A stretch of DNA of 64,000 bases, the filler included, from Choristocarpus tenellus KU-1152 (lineage: Eukaryota > Protista > Phaeophyceae): NCBI GenBank assembly GCA_964200185.2. It is 12 parts of 12 records of this genome, joined end to end, with 100 filler letters (N's around TTAATTAATTAA, not from the genome) between each part and the next. Parts side by side here need not be neighbours in the genome. Positions count along the whole stretch, not along the records: positions 52,268 to 55,471 come from CAXNAD020021569.1; positions 55,572 to 61,390 come from CAXNAD020009677.1; positions 61,491 to 64,000 come from CAXNAD020027202.1; 9 more parts are not named here. The stretch is one strand, 5' to 3'. The notes beneath the pieces are model-generated. The model saw only the letters and a list, made by a program, of their open reading frames with translations, had not been told where the DNA came from and did no database searches. Every line of letters starts with the position of its first letter. Within the stretch, counting starts at the first letter, position 1. This document shows positions 53,792 through 64,000 of this stretch, in pieces. A program made the position numbers and the translations under genes.

Positions 53792-54121
53792 ATCTCTGAG
53801 CGCACCCGGCATGATCTCGAGCGGCGTGATCATGAAATAGAAAAAAGCAAACGACAACTGGCCAATGACGCTGCATTGAGGCAGGCCTTAGAGGACAGGG
53901 AGGCCAGAGCGAGGGCTGCCCTGGCAGAGGCAGTAGAGGGGACCCAGGCGGGTGAGGAGAGAGCTAGGCGAGCTGTGCATAGGGCGGCAAAGGCAGAGGC
54001 AGAGGCTGTTGGGTTGGTGGGTAGGGTGCAGGCGGCAGAGGGAGCAGCTGCGACTGCAGCTGCAGCTGCTGCTGTGGCAGAGACTGCCTTGAAGGAGTTG
54101 AAGGAGAGGAGGGAGGTGGAG
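53792..54121 (+). CDS. Internal exon of a coiled-coil protein
   Basis: cag|ISERTRHDLERRDHEIEKSKRQLANDAALRQALEDREARARAALAEA...LKELKERREVE|gt; open, GC-rich, A/E/R heptads. Confidence 0.65.
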
Positions 54122-54208
54122 GTGTGTGTGTGTGTGTGTGTGTATGCATTTGTTGTGTTCTGTTTTTTTCAATTGTAGTATTGATGTCTAAACATGGATG
54201 GTTTATGC

Positions 54209-54436
54209 TGTACTGGTGTGGTTTGCTGTTTTTTTATTTGTCACTACTATTAATACTGTACAAAGTATTGATGTTTGTATTGTGTTGTACTGGCGTGGTT
54301 TACCGTTTTTTTATTTGTCACTACTATTAATAATGTACACAGTATTGGTGTTTGTATTATGTTGTACTGGCGTGGTTTACCGTGTTTTTATTTGTCACTA
54401 CTATTAATACCGTACGAAGTACTGGTGTTTGTATTG
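54209..54436. repeat. 77-bp minisatellite x3
   Basis: tgtactgg(t/c)gtggttt...tttatttgtcactactattaata... units start at 54209, 54286 and 54363. Confidence 0.92.
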
Positions 54437-56092
54437 CAGCAAGGCGGTTCGGTTCATCCCTTGGAGTGTGTTTGTGGTTCTTGTGTTTCTTCAGTTGGAT
54501 TGTGTTCATTCATTCACATAATTCTGACATTTTTTAATGGAACGGGTGTATCGGAGAGGGAAAGTTTTTTTTTTTTGGTTTGATCTTGATAAGAGATTGG
54601 GATTTTTTTAAGAAGGTTCTCATTAAAGTAGGAGTGTTTTTTTAAGAAGGCACTGCTGAAGTGCGACCAACTGGAGGGAAGGGAGGGCAACTGAAATTTT
54701 GTTGTGTATGGATATTGAATATTTGAATATTTGCAGAAGCTGCGTAATAATAATTGACAGTTTCACTCCTGAATTTGTTCATATTTGCATATAGAGGTTA
54801 ATTTTTTTTTTTTAATTTAATAATTTTTTTTTTGTCTTGTTAGTGCATCACATATACGGCCGATGATAATAATACTGTTTTTGTCAACGCAGAAACCTTG
54901 AAGAAAAATAATGTTGCTTCATTTTTTTGTTTGTTCATTTAATTGACATAATTGGACACTTTGATGCTCTGTTGGGCAATTTAAAGCAGTAGATGCTACG
55001 TGGGGGTAGTGGAGTCCAGTCGGTTGTCTCTGGGCTGAAAAAGTAGGACTGGTAATTAGGTAGGATGTACCAAGTGGGGTGGGTGGGCTTTGATCATGGA
55101 CAGAGATATGTTTGTTTAGATGCACTATCTACCGACAGCCAACATATACAGAGTGTATCTGATACATTATTATTATTATTATTATTGTTATTATTATTGT
55201 TATTTTTATTGTTATTTTTATATTGTTTTTATTTGTTTTTCATCTTTACATTAGCCTGACAATTCTCATGCCCTTAGTCAGAAAAATATGTGAAGTGGAA
55301 GCAACAAAGAAAAGTAAATGATTAAAAAAAAAAAAAAAAATAATATTAAAAAATAATGATAAAAAAAAAATGCAGTTGTGCAGCAAAGAGAAGGGGGGGG
55401 GCGGGGGGGGGGGGGGGAAAATACAAAAAAAAAAAAAAAAACTAGAAAAATATCATAGCAGTGGGAAAAAANNNNNNNNNNNNNNNNNNNNNNNNNNNNN
55501 NNNNNNNNNNNNNNNTTAATTAATTAANNNNNNNNNNNNNNNNNNNNNNNNNNNNNNNNNNNNNNNNNNNNGTAGGCAGAAACAGAGGATAGCAGTCTGG
55601 AAGTTAAGGGGTACGAGATAAGGAGGGAAGGATAAGGCAACCTCCGAGTCATCAAATGGGGAATGGAGGATAGAGGAATAAGAAAATAGGAATGTGCAAA
55701 TAATAATAATAATCCAGAATTCGTGAGCAAAGCAAAGCGATGTTGTACATTCCCATAACATTTGAGGTGTACCAAGTACATATGTGGTGGGAGAAATGAT
55801 TTCCACATCTTTTTCACTACTTCAACCTTGACATCCAGAAGATTTGTGACAAACTCAATTTTTATTTTGTGATCTGTGAGCGATGGTTAACAAGTTAATT
55901 TTTTTTTCTATTACATTATAAAACCTTTCTAAGGTTTTTCTTATGTTTGGGATCTCGGGACGATTCCCTACAAATTCCATACCATCTATAAAAATATTTA
56001 TATTCATCGATATCCCTTCTAAGAACAATTTGTACTACCTACAAGTTTGAGCAAGGCAATGGTGTGTTGGAGACAAGGTCAGAGGAGATAGT

Positions 56093-59000
56093 ATGAGGTA
56101 TGGATGTTTGTGCTTATTCGCAGGAGTCGTGAATGGCGCCCAATCCCTAGCACTGTGCGGAAACACGAGCAGTCTGACCTACGAGATTAGTTCCTCATAT
56201 GATGCGGAACAACTCGCAACAGATATTTCTTGCTCTAAGGGCACTTTTTCTGTGATTTGGTATGGAGAAGTATCCCTCAACTCCACGTTGTCGTTAGAAG
56301 GGGGAACTAGCCTGAACATTCGTGGTGGAGACGCGTTGGCATCTATCGATGGAGAGGCAAATATCCCTCTATTCGATGTCTACGATGGGGCCCTGAGTAT
56401 TGAAGGTCTGACTCTCCGAAATGGCAATGCATCAGACACAGAAGGAGGCTACGTACAGGGGGGAGCGATTCGCGTCAATAGGGGCAGGTTGAGTGTGGCG
56501 GGATGCACCTTCGATTCGAATCAAGCCGCAGAAAGTGGCGGTGCAATTTATGCCTCAAGCTCGGAGGTCTTTGTGGAGAACAGCGCATTCGTGAACTCCA
56601 AGGCTGGCGAACCTGGTGTGGGAACTGGCGGGGGGATTCATGTATGTTTGTGAGGTGATCTGTAGGGTATTATGCATGTTCGATTAGCCTGGAACCGTTG
56701 ATAGGTTGTTCGATTCTGACCCAGCCTTCCTCTCCTCCTTGTTCTGCTCAAGGTATATTTGGGAAAGGCCTTGATCAGGAACTCTGCCATTTATAGGTGC
56801 TTCGCTGGAGAAATAGGAGGTGGGGCTTGGTTGAAAAGCGGTGACTTCACAGTGTTCAATACAACCTTCGTCGAAAACATGGCCGGAGATAAAAGTGGGA
56901 CAAACTTCGTGGAGAATGGTAAGACTCTGCAAACACGGGAAGGAGAAAATCTGAGTCACCACCCTCCGAAGTGCTTTGCACTTGATATATTTGACCAATC
57001 ATGACCTGTTAACACCTTCTACACAGAGAATGCGGTGGACACACCTGGTCTTCATAGATTGAAGTATAGGGATTGATTCTGGCGTCAAGATCTTGCCTGC
57101 ATTGATATATATTCAAACTATCCGTCTTATCTATTGTAGCACCATTATCACCCTCTTGTGTATGTGGCCACTGACCCCATGATTGCAGTGGAAACACCCG
57201 GACGAGGTGGCGGCCTAAGTGTCGATAGATGCGAGGGGGGCTTTTACGGGGGTCCATGCCAGATTGACCTAAATCTCTTCCAGGATAATTTTGCAGGCGA
57301 AAAAGGGGGTGGGGTTGTGGTGGGAGGAGGTGGTGTGTACAACAACATCAAGATTGAGAGGTGCACTTTCCGTTACAACTCTGCTGGCAAAACAGATCCT
57401 GCATTTGACGACTTTCCAGCAGGAGATGGAGGTGCTGTATCAGTAGGGGGAGGCTTTTTTGTGCTGGCCATCAACAGTACATTTGAGAGGAATCTGGCTG
57501 GGGGAAAGGTAAGGATGATGTTTTATGAGACTATTGATGTATTCTATCCCATATATACGGTAGTGATCGAGGGTGTGGATGCTCAAGGCCACCCAAGTGT
57601 GTACGCCTGTAGTCAGTAAATGTGAATGACAAGATTTGAGTTACACAATATGTGTGAATTAATATTCTTAGTTTTTTTTTTTGTACAGGTACTCCATCGG
57701 ACTTGAAACTTCTGCGTTGATGACTATTTGGTATGCAAAGCATTTCTCCTGTTTTCTACTAGGACCTTGTTTTCTGCTTCGGAGTACAAAATACTATAGG
57801 TTGGTCTCCTGCTTCATGTGCTTACCTAATATGTGTACTAAGTTTGTAGTGAAAGTAGAACTGTCCCAAGATGTTATCATATTATCCACTCTCAACATAA
57901 ACCTTGGAATTGACAGTGTAAATTTTCACTAGTCCTTCCCGTAAGGTGGTGCAAAATGGGTAGACAGCAGCAAATCCCTCTGCCACAACATGTAATTGGA
58001 GATCTAACAATGCTGTTGTCCGTTGTCCTCTGTGGTACCTATTTGAGACGCCATGCCTGATCACTTCCCCAAATATGTTAAACCTTTGTTTGGCAAATCC
58101 ACAGGGTGGTGCTATCGTAACATCAACGAACAGCGAGCTGGAGGTTTGCGACTCAGTGTTCAGTGCCAATGAAGCCAGGGGGGAAGGGGGAGGTGCAATC
58201 ACTGTGGGGTCGAGGTCCAAACTTGAGATTAACTCCTCATACTTCGTGTCCAATTATGCTGAAGACTCTGGGGGGGCAATTGCTGCGCTCAGCTATTCCA
58301 CTGTATTACTAAAAAATGGAACATTCCATGATAATTACGCAAACCAGGTATATAATTTTTTTCTAGCCCAAAATTGGTTGGTATGGGAGACATTTGATGA
58401 TGGGAATTTGTATTTGCCTTTGTTTGTACCCTCTCTCCCTGGTTGTGCCCCCTGAAGCCCGATTTGCGCCATATTTGATGTTGTGGTACCTGCTTTTACT
58501 CCCCCTCCAGAATATCCACATGTTGCAGACAGTTCAACAATGCGAAAATTCACCCCAATATCCAATTCCGCTGATACATCTCTTGCTGTTGGTTAACCCC
58601 AACAACAATGGCGCAACAAGGATGGAGGAGTGATGACCGCCCAGGGGCTTGTGCTTGTGTCATCAGGCACCTTTGGTGGCAATGTCGCCAGGCTCAACGG
58701 TGGGGTGTTTTATGCCTCTGAAAATTCCAACTTCACTATATCTGGGGGGTCTTTCTCCTTCAACAGTGCCAAATCAAATGGTGGAAGCTTGTATCTCGGC
58801 ATTGGCTCTGAGATGCTTGTCTCCAATGGGACATTTTTTGGCAACAAAGCATTAAATAGTGGAGGCTTTGTGTTTGTCAATGGCCATTTCCGGGTGAGGA
58901 GAATGTGTGCAATAGGGGGGAGGTTTAAGGAGGGGGTCATAAGCCTTTTGACTGCAGGCTCGAGGTTGTATTTTTGTGTATCCCCTGAGGTGTTGGAACT

Positions 59001-60497
59001 TGAGGAAATGGGAGTTTTGAGGATAACTAATGAAGAACCTTTCTCCTGTTATCTATATTCACATTACGTGTATTTGAACTGAGTCAAGAGGTTATGCATT
59101 ACTAAGAGGAAGGGAAAGTGATGGGGGCCATCAGCGTGGCTTTTGTTACCAGAACTCCATACCATTATCTATAAATTGACTGTTGCAGTGATATATATCC
59201 ATTGTGCTAGCATAGGCACTACACCTCTGCTGGCAAGCAGCCTGGTCTAGACTCCGTGCATGTGATATTCCTGCTTCTTATAGTAGGATGCTTCGGCATT
59301 GTGTGTATCTGTGGTCAGAATTTTGTGCTCATCAAATGTAGACCAATAGACCACAGTGTAAGATCATATCTCTACCACACCTCTATCATACTTCTGACAG
59401 CCTTTTTATCTTTGTTGCCCCCAACTATCGACGCTTTGATTAATGTTTTGATTAATGTTTTTCTGTTCTTAAGGTTCCTCATTGCTTCCCTTCCTACTCA
59501 ACTGCTCTCACGTTCTTCACGTTGCAGGTCACAGGTGGAACATTCCACAACAACAGTGCAGAGGAGGGTGGGTTCATATGCGTGCATAGCAGCTATGCGT
59601 CATGCTCAGGGATCACTGTTGAGAACCATGAGGTAAGCGAGTTTGCACTCAGCTGAGGATGTATAGTAGTATGTTGTCATGGGAGCTTATGTGAAGATGA
59701 CAGGAAGTAGTGTTGTGAATGACAGTGATGAATTGCCATGGTTAGATTAAATTGTAATTACTTCCAACAAAAAATTGAGGGGTAATTTTTGATTGGTTAA
59801 ATTTTCGGGAATGTAAAATGTGTGCATTGCCCGTGGAGCTCGGTGATTCGTTTGCCTCTATCCGTGGGTTGTATATATATGTTTTGATATTTATCGAGCA
59901 TATCGAAATTTTCTAGCTGATTTAACTTGTACTCATAAATGCTTTTCGTTTACAACACTAATAGGACTTCACCTGGAGCCTACATAATGTGGATGATCGT
60001 AGGTGGAGATTTGGTGGACTGCAAATGAATTTAGGTTGTTTGGAGAGAGGTTGAAGGTAGGGAGGGATTAGTTGGTGCTGCTCAAGGGAGATATCATTAA
60101 TATTTGTAATAATCTGGACATTGAATAGGAGTAGATTGGAAAACCCCAGTGGAAGTTACTCGACAATATATACATGACAAATCAGGCTGGGACTTCAAGC
60201 CTGGACAAGTAATTTGACGGCCGCCTCGCAAGCAGGTGTGCATTCGTTGATATTACGTTCACAAGTGTAATGTACAGTTGGGATGTGGCCCCAACACTTG
60301 GAATGAGTCTTATCACGTGGTGTGCAGCATTACCACATATAGCGCCATTGCTCCGGGAAGAACTTCATTACTCTATGTCATCAAAAATATGCCATGCCCC
60401 AGGCTGTCAATGGAGGGGTCATATATGCTGCTAGTGGAGCGCGCTTGGACTGGAACTGCAACAGCACAAACAGTTATGGCATCCTTGGAGGGATCAT
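56093..60497 (+). CDS. Secreted Pmp-like / pectin-lyase-fold beta-helix adhesin-like protein (3' end not recovered)
   Basis: N-terminal hydrophobic segment, AEQLATDISCSKGTFSVIWYGEV..., many GGA(I/V) and FxxN repeats over exons ~56093-56641, 56752-56919, 57189-57508, 58104-58347, 58621-58893, 59528-59632, 60403-60497. Confidence 0.85.
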
Positions 60498-61679
60498 GTA
60501 AGTGAATGAACCAGTAGCTAGTACAAGGGAAAGGGTTGAGTCGACACCCATATACCAGCCCTTATCCAAAGAAACATGATGGGGCCTTGTCTATATGCAG
60601 TACTGGTGTTGTTCTTGTCCTGTTGTTGGAGCTATAGTACGCATGTGTTAGGACTGGTTGAGTTGCTGGCATGCAAGCATGTCAGATATTGATTTGATGG
60701 GCAAGGAGCTTGTCTGCTGGATAGGGAGACAAGTATTATTTGCCTGGTCTTTTCTGCTAGGAACGCCTTCCACCACATGTGGAAACTAGTAATACATATA
60801 TACTCCTCTATCCCATAAGCCTGTATCGTTATGGTTTTTTGTGAATAAATTTTTCAAATGTGAGATTCAGAAAAACAAACAATATCGTTTGAAAGCCAAC
60901 AGCTTCGACTTCCACATAGATGTCTTCGAAACATTTTTTCGTTTCGAAATGTTTGAGAAACTGGCCCCTCAACATAAACGTTTTTTTTCGGAAATGGCAG
61001 ATTTAGTAAAAACAGCAAATCGGCCAAAAGTGGCTGGAAATTATTGCTAATCGGTCATAACGTCCCAATGTGACATCTGATGAAAGACCCGGTTAGTTGT
61101 GTTGGATTCCTTGGCGTGTTTTGCATTAAATTGATTGCTCTTCACTCTCATTTTCTCCTGAGGGTGTTCTGGATCATTTGATCCCCATTGATCGAGCAGT
61201 GTATAATGCGGGCACAATTTGGTGGATTGAGATAAGAGTAGCTGTAGCGTATGATAGCACGATGAAGGCAGGGTGTAGATAGACAGGAGAAGAGTCCTAG
61301 GAGAGGTTTGTGTGTTTTTATGGTGTATCGTTGGCTTGAAGTATCTGGGAGGGGGTGGCGGCTGTCCATTTGGGGTCAATTTTGTCATGTNNNNNNNNNN
61401 NNNNNNNNNNNNNNNNNNNNNNNNNNNNNNNNNNTTAATTAATTAANNNNNNNNNNNNNNNNNNNNNNNNNNNNNNNNNNNNNNNNNNNNGTGTGTAATG
61501 CACATCGCTGGATACAGTCTGACTAAGCAGTACATGAATAGTTGTGTCAAGAAATGAAATACCATCATAGTGCAGAGGAAAGTGACAAGCGTCAGAACAC
61601 AGGTGGAGCTGTTGAGGGCAGTACTTCAATTTAGTGCAGGGCAGGTGTGGGGGGGGGGGGAGGGGGGAATGTACATCAC

Positions 61680-63045
61680 CTCTCAAGAGACTGCTTTTTG
61701 AAATTCCGGTTAGCAACAGCAGGGACCAGAGCGCCCAGGAAGAGCACAACAATTACTCCAAAGGACATGCCTAGAGCACGGATACCCTAGAGTAAAACAC
61801 AAAGCAAAGGGAAATATACCAAGTACCAGAAAGCAGCAGAGGTCTGAGAAAGGGTGTGTAACCAAGAGTTCAACACACTTATCCTGAGCCTTCAAGCGGA
61901 GACACATGTTTTTCATGAGATAGAGCATTAACTCACAAATCTCACATGACTTACTTTGATGCAATACATTGGACACCATTGTTTCTATTCTTATTCTTAT
62001 TAATATTTTTTATCACTATCATTGATTGTTACTATTATCAAAACTACATCAAAATTTCAACACATATTATACAATGTAAATACCAACCGGGACTAATGCC
62101 ACAGAGGAACACAACAAACACCAACCAAGACAATAGAAAAAACATCTGAGCAGCAAGCCCCGCCCCCAAACCCCCCACTCATTTTTACCCTTTGAACAAA
62201 CCAACCTTATAGCCAGTATAAACCTCCTCCATGTCCAACATGAACGGGATGGACATGAACATCCTTAAAAACATCTGTACTGATGATAACGGGGTATCAA
62301 AGAAGTCCAGCGAATCCAGGACTCCCTCTTTAGGCACACTTACATAAAAGAGAGGGGTGGGGGGAGGGGAGGTGTAGTACCAATGCAAAAATCAGATAAT
62401 GAGTAAGCATCAGGGTAGAGCAGGTCCCCAGGCGGGGCAGAGCCATGGCAGTGATTAGATGAGGTGTTACCATGGACCTTCTTTTGTCCCGATAGAGACC
62501 AAAACTCAACAAAAAACAGTATCCACAAACTGTCATAACCTCTCGAGACAATGGGGTAGACTTTGGCTTTATAAAACTTTCAGTGACCACAGTACCAAAG
62601 CGTTACATTATCGGTACCCATGGGGGTATGACAACCAGTACAGTATTGTAGCAGCAGCACAGATTGCCACAGATATTCAACAGTCAAGGATGCTCTCATC
62701 CTAAAGTCTTAATTCCACTCCGGCCAATCTTGAACATGTATCATTTATCTCTCAATGTGTTTAACTCAAATCACAGCACAGCACAGCACAGCACCTCAAC
62801 GAGAAAAAAGAAAAAAGTGTATGGGCAAGACCCTAATACTTTTGCCTCAAAAGTCTCGAAGCATACGGACAAGTGAACAAAGTTATAGATAGCACCATTT
62901 TTCAGGGAATATATCTCATTTTTCGGAGGGGGGGGGGAGGGGGGAGGGGGTTCAGCAGGGGACTCACTCGTTACGGTATAGCAGATAACCCAGGAAGGCG
63001 TAGTAGAATATGACCATCAACACAAGGAAGACAACTGGAAGCATC
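61680..63045 (-). CDS. Ion-transport (two-pore-channel-like) S5-pore-S6 exons 63045-62968, 62338-62206, 61786-61680
   Basis: MLPVVFLVLMVIFYYAFLGYLLYRND|VPKEGVLDSLDFFDTPLSSVQMFLRMFMSIPFMLDMEEVYTGYK|GIRALGMSFGVIVVLFLGALVPAVANRNFK has TM-pore helix-TM layout with TPC-like F.T...S...F and L..AV....F. Confidence 0.6.
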
Positions 63046-63507
63046 CTGTACACTCGCATCATATATGATACATGATACATGATACATGATATATGATACA
63101 TGATATATGACATATGACATATAACACATGATACACAATATAATACACACATCACAAAAAAGATCACCAGCACAAAAGCAGCACCGAAAACAAAAAACAG
63201 TCACCATTCAAAAAGTTCACCGGGGGGCAGGGCAGGGCAGGGCAGAGTGCATGTGTGGGTATGAGCGTAGAGAGCAAACAAACACACAAGCAGGAGGGGG
63301 CACAGAGATTGAAATTGGCCATGGGTAGGGAGAGGAAGGGTGCTGTGCCTGTGCATTACCAGCATTGACTGTGTAATGTAGAGTAGGTGTTATTGCACAT
63401 GGCTGGAGTGAAGGAGAGGAGGGAAGAAATTTCTAATCACCTTCCACAATCTTCCTGCTATCAAGCCGAGTGAAATAGTGGGACATAACTGTGCCATATG
63501 TCAACAG

Positions 63508-63700
63508 TAGTGTGATAAAATAGAATAATACAATCATGTGATCTAATCATGCACTTCATAACTAATAGTGTGATAAAAAGCGTATGATATAATCACGCGA
63601 TCTAATCATGCAATTCATAGGGAATAGTGTGATAAAATAGTGCGACAAAAGACACTGCGATTTATTCATAAAAGTGAAAAATAATCATGTGATAAAATAG
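63508..63700. repeat. Degenerate ~58-bp tandem repeat
   Basis: tagtgtgataaaa...aatcaYgYgatctaatcatgca recurs 3-4 times. Confidence 0.7.
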
Positions 63701-64000
63701 TTAAATTTACTCAACTAACTGTACGATGCATCAGTGTCACAAAATCCAAATAAACCTGGTTTACTCTCAACAGTTGGAGTCCAGGAGTGTCCCCAACGAT
63801 ACATACCACGTAACACAAACTTCAAAAATCTCTCACACACCTTGGAAGAATGCGCACCAATCCTCCAAAGAAGTGTTTCAGGTAGGTTCGGCGGCTGATG
63901 AACAGAAATGGGACAGCCACTCTCGACCATCTGCCCCCCCCCCACCCAACCCCCCCAACCCCCCCATCACACTTCTCTAAAAAATAAGTTGATCATATAT

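Noticed and set aside
54209-54436. CRISPR-like periodic repeat (also 88-156 and 63508-63700)
   Set aside because: Whole units are repeated with no unique spacers, no cas genes, and a eukaryotic intron context; these are minisatellites.

Overview
Eukaryotic genomic DNA, most likely a brown alga or close photosynthetic stramenopile (inference from a bipartite plastid presequence and an Ectocarpus-type GGA/FxxN adhesin). The window is 12 contigs joined by 11 artificial 100-nt spacers (N44-TTAATTAATTAA-N44), so gene order across spacers is not informative. Most ORF-track entries are spurious; real genes were rebuilt by hand from GT-AG spliced exons. Complete genes: ERH and anamorsin/Dre2, the latter apparently with an extra N-terminal membrane-anchor exon. 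Partial genes: a Q/G/P/Y-rich protein, a plastid SnoaL/NTF2-like protein, RGS-domain and WW-domain exons, an ABC1/UbiB kinase, MutS2, a coiled-coil exon, a Pmp-like adhesin and a two-pore-channel-like protein with a non-canonical pore. The rest is rich in transposon debris: two related MITE families sharing AAAGTATCT TIRs (one copy nested in another), Tc1/mariner-like ends, a Copia relic, CRE-like RLE non-LTR elements, and probable DIRS/Ngaro and KDZ-type relics. No CRISPR array, rRNA or tRNA was recognised, and no multi-gene novel system can be supported. The best novelty candidates are the membrane-anchored anamorsin and the degenerate-filter channel.
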